A DNA stretch of 64,000 nt from a virus, in IMG/VR virus record IMGVR_UViG_3300025162_000050, positions 6,838 to 70,837 of that record. The stretch is one strand, 5' to 3'. Of the stretch, positions 56,234-64,000 are shown one piece after another. The stretch's first letter is position 1, and every line of letters starts with the position of its first letter. The notes under the pieces were generated by a model that searched no databases, was not told where the DNA came from, and saw nothing but the letters and a program-made list of their open reading frames with translations. A program made the position numbers and the translations under genes.

Positions 56234-56896
56234 TTAGTTTTTTAGTCTTATTCTATTTAGTATTATCTCAGTGGAGTATCCACTTCGTAAATTAAACATT
56301 GCATCTAACTCTTTTCGTTTATAATTATTTTTATTTTCTCTTATAAAACATATGGTTTCTCAACTTATTTTTGATTTTAATGATTTTCCTTTGCTCATTC
56401 TTTCTCCAATAATTCTCCTATCTTCTAATGTTTTATCTTTTCAGAACAATTCAATTTTTGGATATTTTTTATTTTTAAGTTGCTCCTTAGTCATTTTTAA
56501 ACCCGTATTTCATGGTTTTCTTCCAACAAATAAGTTATGCATTTTTAATTTATGCTCTTCGGTGTGTTTGTATCCACCTCTAAATGCTCCACCTTTTGCT
56601 AAATTCACCAAATCACATCCAATAGATCTAAAATAACTTATATAAAATATTTCCAAAAAATCTAAATCAAATTCTGTGTTTTCTATTATCAAAAACTCTG
56701 GTTTTAAATTGTTTTTTAATACATTATTAATTCAACAATTTAAATGAGTCTTTGAATTATGTCTTCCATTATATATATGACTTCTATATCTTTCATTTGG
56801 ATTTCCAATTGTTTGTCCAATATATCTTAATTCATCCGTTCTGGGATCTATTAGCCCATAAATATATTTTTTATTTTCTCAACCAATTTTTGCCAT
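56234..56896 (-). mobile_element. free-standing GIY-YIG homing endonuclease with NUMOD3-like motif, 220 aa, 5 TGA=Trp
   Basis: ATG 56896: MAKIG[W]ENKKYIYGLIDPRTDELRYIGQT...R...H...HLNC[W]I...E.FYI...LVN...GG...HTEEHKLKM...GRKP[W]NTG. TGA at 56879, 56732, 56510, 56441 and 56360; TAA at 56234. Confidence 0.85.
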
Positions 56897-58101
56897 ATAT
56901 TTCTTCTTTTCTCTTTTAATTCATCATTTTTAAATAAAAACATTGCAACCTTTTTGGGTTGTCTTATACTATCAAGCATTGAATAAACTTTTGCTATTCC
57001 AATGTCATCATTTGGTAGTGGTAATTCACGGAAGTAATTTGTACATCCGTCAAATGCCAGTGGAGCTATTGATCCAGCACCACCACTTCTTGAAATTATA
57101 ACCTCTACAAATCTCACGTTGTCACGCATCCTTGAAATATCGTATCCAAGATAATTTTGTAATTCCTGCTGAAATGGACTAAAGATTCCGAGCATGACAT
57201 CACAATCTCTTGCAAGCACCTTGGAATCACCGAGATCTGCTACTGATGGCTTTAGCTTGCCCATCTTTACATTTTCAATTGATTGTCCCTGTATAGATTG
57301 TTGTTGGATTACCACCGGAATGTACTTGTACTTATTTCTAAGAGATACAAGATAATCTGATGATAATTTTACCATTGATTCTTGAAGTGTTAATGGCCTA
57401 CCATTAGTTGCTTCTGATTGTATTAATGATATATGATCTATCATGCAAAACACATACTCATCTTCATCAAACGGCTCATAATAATCGTCTACTTCTTTTG
57501 GAGTTATTTCTTTTGTCTCATTATTTATAAAATTAATAATCTTTTTATGTTGCTTTCCTTTTATTGCAGCATAATCTTTCATAAACCTAAAAATTCCCGT
57601 AGGATTTCGTATTGAATCAATTATTTTTACATTTTCTTCAAAAAACATTAAATATCTTTGGTATTCATCTGTTTGTAGAATATTAAGAATTTCTTCATCT
57701 ACTGGATGCTCTGAATTTGTAGACCTTAAATCTCTTGGTGAAATCCTGTATTTGCCTCTTGATAGTATATGTAATAAATAACACACAAACTCTTGGTATA
57801 AATCTTCTTGACTTATTTCTAATGAAAATATAAATGCCTTCATTCTCATTTTGTCAGGATTTTCAAGAGCGTACATTAGAGGTCTGAATATAAAGAAGTA
57901 ATAAGAAAATTTAGACTTACCCGCCTTGGTCTGTCCAGTGATATTATAGTACCTACCTCTCTCTATTCCTGCAAATTCTTCTGAAAATCTTTTGAATGGA
58001 TTGGGTATACAATTTATCTTACCAGATAGAACACGCTCCCTAGAATTTTTTAAACTATTAAATACCCTACTGAATAGTGTTTCTTTTACTTGTACTTCCA
58101 T
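56851..58101 (-). CDS. dnaB: DnaB-like replicative helicase
   Basis: GQTKAGKS, FSLEIS, IDHISL, IQQQ, DLGDSK...RD.D and R.GG motifs. Confidence 0.85.
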   Translation of the reverse strand: MEVQVKETLFSRVFNSLKNSRERVLSGKINCIPNPFKRFSEEFAGIERGRYYNITGQTKAGKSKFSYYFFIFRPLMYALENPDKMRMKAFIFSLEISQEDLYQEFVCYLLHILSRGKYRISPRDLRSTNSEHPVDEEILNILQTDEYQRYLMFFEENVKIIDSIRNPTGIFRFMKDYAAIKGKQHKKIINFINNETKEITPKEVDDYYEPFDEDEYVFCMIDHISLIQSEATNGRPLTLQESMVKLSSDYLVSLRNKYKYIPVVIQQQSIQGQSIENVKMGKLKPSVADLGDSKVLARDCDVMLGIFSPFQQELQNYLGYDISRMRDNVRFVEVIISRSGGAGSIAPLAFDGCTNYFRELPLPNDDIGIAKVYSMLDSIRQPKKVAMFLFKNDELKEKRRNIWQKLVEKIKNIFMG

Positions 58102-58685
58102 ATAAACCCTCCAGCAGTATTAAAACTTTTTATATTTTTACAACACGCAGAGATTGCCCAAGTTGAGATTTTTAAATTTCTATAAACATCTGCCATAGAA
58201 TCCCAATTTTTTATAAATTGTCCATCCTTGGAAAATTGTATTATTGCTTTTGAAGCTTTATTTTTTACTCCTAAAAGACCAGTGTGAGAACCAACTCTAT
58301 TTAAAACATTAAACGAATGTACTACATTTTCCTTATTTATTACCCATTCAAGATTTTTTAATTTGTTATTATTCTTTATGCCATCTTTATGAGTAATTTG
58401 TGGCTTATTTTCTGGATTATCCAAAAAGGCGATAGCAACTAACCTATGAATGAATATGTTTTTTCTTTTACCTTCATAAAATATTTTTACTTTTTCATAA
58501 CCGTCCTTATCTTTTGTCTTGGCAAGAAAATGCTCTAGTACCCATAAATATTTACTTCCAAATAAAACATATTTTTCTATTTTCTTTATGTTTCCAAGAT
58601 TGCTAATTTTAAAATAACTACCAAATCCATCTATAAACTTCCACTTTTGCCAAATAAATTGTTTAAGTATTTTTCTTTTTTTCAC
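58086..58685 (-). mobile_element. free-standing NUMOD4-HNH-NUMOD1 homing endonuclease
   Basis: W.FIDG....F.ISNLG, HRLVA.AFL.NP..KP...HKDG.K.NN...NLEW and TAGGFIWKY motifs. All Trp codons are TGG. Confidence 0.9.
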
Positions 58686-59257
58686 TACATCAGCCTATTT
58701 GTCCACATTTCATTCTGATTATCACTCTTTACTTCGTCAATATTCTCTATAATAGTCATTAACTCAGATGAATTTTCTTTCTCCACAAAATATGGCAAAA
58801 TTCTCATAAGTTGCTTACTATCCCCAAAGCTCTCAATATACTTTTGTGTAGCTTTTAATATTAACTCTGAATCATAATGACCATATTTCTTAAAGAATGT
58901 CTTTAATTTAGCTTCTACATTTGACTTATTATCTCTCCAATACTTAGTTGTTCCTTGCTTTTTGCCTTCAGGAAACATTAACCTCATTTGTTCAGCTAAT
59001 AATTCTATATCCTTATTAGATACTTTTTTATCAACAGATATACATTCAACTTCATTTATAAAGCTAAGCCCATCTTCTGTTAGAAAATATCCAACATTAT
59101 TTTCCATTATAAATCCATACTCAAGAATTTGGGTTAAGTTAATGTTTATCTTAGTCCCAGGATAATACATAAGTATCATCATGAAAAGATAAGATGTTAC
59201 ACTTACACTATATTCTCGGAGTATAGATTTATCAATTTGTAACAGGTTGTTGCTCAT
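58685..59257 (-). CDS. conserved crAss-like replication-region protein
   Basis: 190 aa, FP.GK...WR....KL..F...Y...AT..YI pattern, upstream of DnaB. Function unproven. Confidence 0.65.
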   Translation of the reverse strand: MSNNLLQIDKSILREYSVSVTSYLFMMILMYYPGTKININLTQILEYGFIMENNVGYFLTEDGLSFINEVECISVDKKVSNKDIELLAEQMRLMFPEGKKQGTTKYWRDNKSNVEAKLKTFFKKYGHYDSELILKATQKYIESFGDSKQLMRILPYFVEKENSSELMTIIENIDEVKSDNQNEMWTNRLM

Positions 59258-59418
59258 TCATTTTTTTTAATTTGTTTTTCATTAATTCTACCCAAATCTT
59301 TGTCGTAATAGCTTTCTTCACTTCCAGTTAAAACTCAATGATTATATTCCCATAATGCAATATTCCATATATTTGAATTTCTTAAAAACTCAACCCAATA
59401 ATAACCTTTTTCTCTCAT
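59254..59418 (-). CDS. small Trp-rich phage protein with internal TGA (59335-59337)
   Basis: MREKGYYWVEFLRNSNIWNIALWEYNH[W]VLTGSEESYYDKDLGRINEKQIKKNE, then TGA at 59254. If that TGA is also Trp, it ends at TAA 59203. Confidence 0.65.
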
Positions 59419-59420
59419 AA

Positions 59421-60596
59421 TTATAAATACACTAAAAATTCATTTGGTATAGTATTAATAACGTTTTGTAAATAATCCTTATCCTTTGTGTCTCGAAAAT
59501 ACAACACATACACTTCAGGAAAATCAGCTCTCAATGAACGACCAGTCATTTGAATAAACGGTCTTTCAGTGCCATCTAATTGCCCTATAACAGCCGCATT
59601 TATATCAACTAAGTTGACGCCCTCAACTAATTTTTTAACGGCGTAAATCGAGTTTATTTCTTTTGAATTAAACCTTTTAAGTATAGAGTTTGATTCTTTC
59701 TTAGAATGTATACAGTTTTCGGCCATAACCATTTCTGCTTGTTCAATTGACCCGCAGAAAGTAATGAATCTTTTACCATCTTCTTGTAATTTTTCGCATA
59801 TTTCTTTAATTTTATCAGTCTTACAATCACTTAAAAACTTCTTTCTAATTCCACCATGTCTTAACCAACCTGAACGTTTGAATATCCTAGCTCTTTCGTA
59901 ATTAGCTTCAAGATAATCATATTTTTCTTGCTGTGTACAATGTATAATTAAATTTAATGTAGGATATTTATTTTTAGCATAGATATAACTATTTCTTTGC
60001 AAGTAATCACAATGAATTTCATTTATATTATGTCCTCTTTTAAATTCAATAGTCTCAGACTTTTTGGAACTATTTAGTTTTAAAGGAATTAAATAAACTT
60101 TTGGTTTAGGGAGAATTTCCATTTCGATGGCTTCTTCCATAGTGATTGTGTAAACAGCTATATTCTTGAAAATGTCATTAAATAGATATTTATGCTCGTC
60201 TTCAAGTGTGGCTGATAATCCAATTACTCTTTTAACTCTAAGAGAAGTTAATAAGAATGTTCTTGCCTGACTGAATGCGTGGTGAATTTCATCAAGTATC
60301 AGTAAATCAGCACTTTTGTTGGCGTAATTCTTTAATGAGGCATAACAAAATATTTCTGTTGATTTTAATAAATACTCATAACCATGCTTGATATACTCAT
60401 CTTTCCAATTGTCAATATGTGCAATTTCTGCAACACAAATGAAAGTTTTTTGACTATTCATTCGTGCTTGCAGATTTATCGCATTTATTGTCTTACCGAC
60501 CCCAGTATTAAATTCCAGACATAGATTATGACCCTTATCAAATAACTCTTCACATTTAGATTTAATTAATTCTCTTGAAATTTCTTTTTTAGTCAT
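59421..60596 (-). CDS. SF2 (DEAD/DEAH-like) helicase
   Basis: TGVGKT, DEIHH, GLSAT, EGVNL and QMTGRSLR motifs. Confidence 0.9.
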   Translation of the reverse strand: MTKKEISRELIKSKCEELFDKGHNLCLEFNTGVGKTINAINLQARMNSQKTFICVAEIAHIDNWKDEYIKHGYEYLLKSTEIFCYASLKNYANKSADLLILDEIHHAFSQARTFLLTSLRVKRVIGLSATLEDEHKYLFNDIFKNIAVYTITMEEAIEMEILPKPKVYLIPLKLNSSKKSETIEFKRGHNINEIHCDYLQRNSYIYAKNKYPTLNLIIHCTQQEKYDYLEANYERARIFKRSGWLRHGGIRKKFLSDCKTDKIKEICEKLQEDGKRFITFCGSIEQAEMVMAENCIHSKKESNSILKRFNSKEINSIYAVKKLVEGVNLVDINAAVIGQLDGTERPFIQMTGRSLRADFPEVYVLYFRDTKDKDYLQNVINTIPNEFLVYL

Positions 60597-60781
60597 TTAG
60601 CATCTTTGAATAATTTTCTTTTGCAATGCTCATATTCAAATGAGCTCCAAATTAATCCAAAAGATATTATACCAATAATTCCATCAATTAATGCTAGGAA
60701 CCCTCGAATAAATTGATAGGATATATCTTTTCTTTTAGATATATGAAAATTTATTTGTATCCAATTTTTCTTTCTGTACAT
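60593..60781 (-). CDS. small membrane protein
   Basis: 62 aa with one hydrophobic segment. Ends at TGA in an ATGA overlap. Confidence 0.6.
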   Translation of the reverse strand: MYRKKNWIQINFHISKRKDISYQFIRGFLALIDGIIGIISFGLIWSSFEYEHCKRKLFKDAK

Positions 60782-60942
60782 TAATAGTTTATTTGTTTAA
60801 TTTTACCACACTTTTCACAAATTAATATTTCTGTAGTTTGTTCAGATTTATTGCCATTAAGATAGTCAAATCTATAGATATTCTTTGCATGACTTTTCCA
60901 AGAATGCGTGCAAAATAGTTTTTCAATAATTGATTTCCACAT
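60781..60942 (-). CDS. small Zn-ribbon protein (53 aa)
   Basis: MWKSIIEKLFCTHSWK...ILICEKCGKIKQINY, TAATG-coupled. Replaces the out-of-frame track ORF 60822-61010. Confidence 0.7.
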   Translation of the reverse strand: MWKSIIEKLFCTHSWKSHAKNIYRFDYLNGNKSEQTTEILICEKCGKIKQINY

Positions 60943-60963
60943 AATTTATTATAATTTAATGTT

Positions 60964-61275
60964 TTACAATTCTTGATATGACACACCAAATCCCTTATCA
61001 AATCTTTCAACCCAGGCTTTTAATCGCTGTTGCTTAGACATATTTTTCCAAATGAACTCTTTAATGAAGAATGGTGATTTACTACCAATCCAACCATTAA
61101 CAACTTCTTCAGAAATGTTTGTTTTACGAACACATTGAGTTTGCTCTTTTCCAAGATAAATAATGTGTTTGGTCAGTAATGACTTACCGTGACGATGTTT
61201 GACATCAGTTTCTTTGGTGATATTCCGCCCCAATGCACCAATTAAATTTACTGTTAATACGATTCCATTAGACAT
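60964..61275 (-). CDS. hypothetical protein
   Basis: 103 aa, with W....P......W..MSKQQRL pattern. Confidence 0.7.
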   Translation of the reverse strand: MSNGIVLTVNLIGALGRNITKETDVKHRHGKSLLTKHIIYLGKEQTQCVRKTNISEEVVNGWIGSKSPFFIKEFIWKNMSKQQRLKAWVERFDKGFGVSYQEL

Positions 61276-61404
61276 ACGATTACCTTTGCGCTAAGGATTT
61301 GATAATAATGCGCTTTATTACGATATTTAGTCGTCAATCAACCAATTTTTATGCTACAACGTTACTATTATTCACGGAGACTTAAAAAATTAGTAAAAAT
61401 AATT

Positions 61405-61577
61405 TGGTGTTATTGTGAGAATCGAACTCATGAGATTAAGATAGGCGTGACATGTACGCCTCGTTTTAATGCCTTTTATTGGCTATCTTACAACACTTGC
61501 CATAAGCAGTTCCCACAACACTTGTCGTGTAAGCTCTCTTTAATCTGATTAACGTTTACCACTCCGTCAAATAACAC
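61405..61577 (-). ncRNA. 173-nt tRNA-like RNA with expanded central domain
   Basis: G-TGTTATT/AATAACA-C-CA acceptor, D arm TG-ACG-GAGTGGTAAA-CGT and T arm TGAG-TTCGATT-CTCA. About 110 nt between the D and T arms are closed by AGATTAA/TTAATCT. Confidence 0.7.
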
Positions 61578-61585
61578 TTTTGTTT

Positions 61586-61618
61586 TAATTAGCTTCTACG
61601 ATTTATAGAAGCTAATTA
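61586..61618. repeat. perfect 13-bp inverted repeat (processing or termination hairpin)
   Basis: TAATTAGCTTCTA-CGATTTA-TAGAAGCTAATTA. Confidence 0.8.
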
Positions 61619-61627
61619 TTTAATTTA

Positions 61628-61975
61628 TTACTCAGCTTTCAATAAAGCATATTGTTCTTCTAAGAAATCAACAGTTTCTTTGTGAGCAATTAATTGTTTT
61701 TCAGCTTTCTTTAAGTTTTCTTTAGCTTTGATAAGATTGGCGATATAAGCATCGCGGTCAGAAATTTCTTTACCGTAATTAACGCGAGCTTTTATAAGAT
61801 TTTCTTGAGCATTTTCAAGAGCATCTTCTTTAGCAATAATATCACCATTAAGGGCTGCAATTTGAACTTTTAGTCCAGATTCAGCTTTTCTCCAATTTTT
61901 AAATCCTAAAGCTTCGGCATCGTTACCAACAATAATTGCTTTAAATTCTTTTACAAATGCATTTAGTTTGTTCAT
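61628..61975 (-). CDS. coiled-coil hypothetical protein
   Basis: 115 aa, A/E/K-rich heptads. Confidence 0.75.
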   Translation of the reverse strand: MNKLNAFVKEFKAIIVGNDAEALGFKNWRKAESGLKVQIAALNGDIIAKEDALENAQENLIKARVNYGKEISDRDAYIANLIKAKENLKKAEKQLIAHKETVDFLEEQYALLKAE

Positions 61976-61990
61976 AGTCTTTAATTGTTT

Positions 61991-63418
61991 TTAATCGTTA
62001 TTTAATAATTGTTTAATTGAATTTGTTTTGATAATATTTACCATTGGTAATTCTTCGTCATCAATAGATAAAATCATTTTAAGTGGTCCAGAAATTGTTG
62101 AAGTTTTACCAACATGAGTTGTTTCAGAATAAGTTGTATATTTAAATATACCATCTTTATTAGGTTCAATACCAGTATCTAATGGTTCACCTGCTGGAAT
62201 TTTTCTAATAGAAATTAAATGATTATTGATTTCTTCTGGAGTTGCATGACGAACTTTAACTTTATCTATATCTATATTCTCTCTTGGAGAATATGTAATA
62301 TGATTTCCATAAATACCAGTAATTTTATAAAGTTGATTTAATTTACCATTTCTACCTGGTGATTCTTTAAGTACAATTATCCAATTTCCAACTTTAAATT
62401 CACTTTGCATATCTCTTACTTGTTGGATTGCTGGTGTAATTTTGTCGGGGTGATTGTCTGGTAAATACTGTTGGATTTCTTCGATAGAAGCTAAACACCA
62501 TGTTTTTTGTTCACGTAAATAGACAATAAAATCATTATCATATTTATGATTGAAAGTTGAATCAATACATTCTGATATGTAAATTTTATTAGTATCAACA
62601 ATGTCTTTACGTTTATATTTAAGATACCAACAATCATTTATTTTATACCAATTTCCTACAATAAAATCACATTTAGATTTCATTTTATATCCATTTAAAC
62701 CACACCATTCTTGGAAAGATAAGATTTGAAAGCCACCCATTTGAAAGTAATTAAAATCTTGATAATTTCCACCAATAGCTAAACACGTTTCATTTTTATA
62801 TATACTAAATGTATTATTTTGTAATCCATACTTATTCTCTTTAGTTAACACAAAATCCCATTCTTCTTGAGTCTTACAATGAACGGCTTGTTTTAGTGGT
62901 TGTTTGGGTTGTGATTTAGTTTCATACAAATCCCAATCAAAATCTTCTTTTAAAACATACTTTTTGAATTGGTCGAAAGTTATTTCAGTGTAATCAGGTT
63001 TAATTTCATCATAGTGATATCCAGTATTACTTAAATATCCAGAATTACACCAATTTCCTTTTTGAAGAGTATCAACTCTCCATGATATTATTTCTTTTGG
63101 AGCATTTGAAAATCTAGGAGTTTTTATACACCATTTCTCTGGCAATACAAAATCATCCTTTACAAAAGGATTATATCCAAGAATTTCTTGAACGGTGGTT
63201 TCTAATTTCTCTGAACATTCTTTGTAGCATTCAAAACAGCTTAAATCGTTTGATAATTCTAAATAACTATATGACGATTTAAAATTGCTATATTTTTTTG
63301 CCACGCTTTCACTGTGAGAACCTTTTAATCCCGTCTTAATTAATTTATCCCAAACCAATGTGAATATCTCCAAAGTAATCTCTGGAGAATATCGTAAATA
63401 TTTGTTAGTTAGAGGCAT
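61991..63418 (-). CDS. mosaic multi-module hypothetical protein
   Basis: String of short modules: FVLPEKWCI, YTEITFDQFKKYVL, VHCKTQEEWDFV, LASIEEIQQYLP..HPD and RHATPEEI. Confidence 0.75.
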   Translation of the reverse strand: MPLTNKYLRYSPEITLEIFTLVWDKLIKTGLKGSHSESVAKKYSNFKSSYSYLELSNDLSCFECYKECSEKLETTVQEILGYNPFVKDDFVLPEKWCIKTPRFSNAPKEIISWRVDTLQKGNWCNSGYLSNTGYHYDEIKPDYTEITFDQFKKYVLKEDFDWDLYETKSQPKQPLKQAVHCKTQEEWDFVLTKENKYGLQNNTFSIYKNETCLAIGGNYQDFNYFQMGGFQILSFQEWCGLNGYKMKSKCDFIVGNWYKINDCWYLKYKRKDIVDTNKIYISECIDSTFNHKYDNDFIVYLREQKTWCLASIEEIQQYLPDNHPDKITPAIQQVRDMQSEFKVGNWIIVLKESPGRNGKLNQLYKITGIYGNHITYSPRENIDIDKVKVRHATPEEINNHLISIRKIPAGEPLDTGIEPNKDGIFKYTTYSETTHVGKTSTISGPLKMILSIDDEELPMVNIIKTNSIKQLLNND

Positions 63419-63420
63419 AA

Positions 63421-63687
63421 TTAAGTTTTTTTTATCTTAAGTATTTCTTCTTCAAATCTATCTGAAATAAGTTTAATTTCAAATGTTTTATAAAGATTAA
63501 CTGGTCTTATCCATTCAATATTTCTATCATTAGATAAAATAGCAATTAAACCATTATTATCAAAAACTCTTATATTATCATTTTTATCAGATAACTTATA
63601 TAATTCTTGAGAGCGTTCATAATCTCTTTTAGCTAAAATAGATACTGTCAATAGAATTGTTATTAATAAAATAAGTATTGTTATCAT
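63421..63687 (-). CDS. small protein with N-terminal TM/signal segment
   Basis: MITILILLITILLTVSILAKR N-terminus. Confidence 0.65.
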   Translation of the reverse strand: MITILILLITILLTVSILAKRDYERSQELYKLSDKNDNIRVFDNNGLIAILSNDRNIEWIRPVNLYKTFEIKLISDRFEEEILKIKKT

Positions 63688-63691
63688 AATT

Positions 63692-64000
63692 TTAAATTTT
63701 AAATTTGTGTAATTTATTGATTTTTAAACGTATTTCTTCTAAACTTCCAATTATTAGGTAGTAAGTATATTCAAATATTGAATTTTTATTTAAAGCCATA
63801 CTTTTAATTGGCGCTATATAATTGGTTGATTCATTATCAGACTCACCTCCAACTTGTCCAGACAACCCTGCTGCAAATGTATTACAATTTGGATTATAAA
63901 TACCAATACCAAAATTATCATCATCAACGAAAGCAAGCCATCTTTCAGGAAGAACATCATCACAAAATTCCCCCCAAGGTTCTGGTGATTGGGAAACCTT
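63692..64000 (-). CDS. 5'-truncated hypothetical protein
   Basis: Frame is open from the window edge (KVSQSPEPWG...ERWLAFVDDDNFGIGIYNP...YIAP...GSLEEIR) to TAA at 63692. Confidence 0.7.
   Translation of the reverse strand, partial: KVSQSPEPWGEFCDDVLPERWLAFVDDDNFGIGIYNPNCNTFAAGLSGQVGGESDNESTNYIAPIKSMALNKNSIFEYTYYLIIGSLEEIRLKINKLHKFKI

Noticed and set aside
45395-59165. Plus-strand ORFs within the - arm (45395, 47177, 48052, 56352, 57433, 58962)
   Set aside because: Antisense shadows of real - strand genes. 56352-56636 lies opposite the recoded GIY-YIG gene.
60822-61010. 62-aa - strand track ORF
   Set aside because: Out-of-frame overlap of the better supported Zn-ribbon gene at 60781-60942.
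61280-61288. TACCTTTG as a third + strand promoter
   Set aside because: No TTTG at the -33 spacing, and it points against the local genes.
61351-61548. 65-aa + strand ORF
   Set aside because: Opposes the local transcription direction and overlaps the tRNA-like RNA, which explains the sequence better.
61538-61552. TTAA-TCA-GA-TTAA in the tRNA-like RNA as a UCA (opal suppressor) anticodon
   Set aside because: It lacks a 7-nt loop with U33 and a 5-bp stem, and TCA is not at positions 34-36. The suppressor, if any, is probably outside the window.
1-64000. Mollicute (natively code 4) host or chromosome
   Set aside because: Gene order is crAss-like, the promoters match Bacteroidota, and the core replication genes avoid internal TGA altogether.

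Overview
AT-rich segment of a crAss-like (Crassvirales) phage genome, probably infecting Bacteroidota (two TTTG-N19/20-TAnnTTTG promoters). The + arm (1-36505) holds virion and late genes: ring, capsid and muzzle proteins, cargo proteins and a giant virion RNA polymerase. It converges at a hairpin terminator (~36541-36575) with a - arm of replication, nucleotide-metabolism and accessory genes (primase, DnaB, SSB, SF2 helicase, an amidoligase/ATP-grasp/GATase cluster, two homing endonucleases). The supplied ORF track is fragmented because TGA is read as Trp. I traced 32 in-frame TGA codons on the + arm by hand, and reading through them rebuilds intact 1886-, 904-, 634-, 4879- and 1504-aa proteins that all end in TAA. 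Core - arm genes use only TGG, but a hidden GIY-YIG endonuclease and two small genes there also appear to need TGA=Trp. No canonical UCA suppressor tRNA is in the window, but there are two atypical tRNA-like RNAs, one with a ~110-nt structured insert replacing the anticodon arm. All product calls come from motif recognition and gene order, with no database search.
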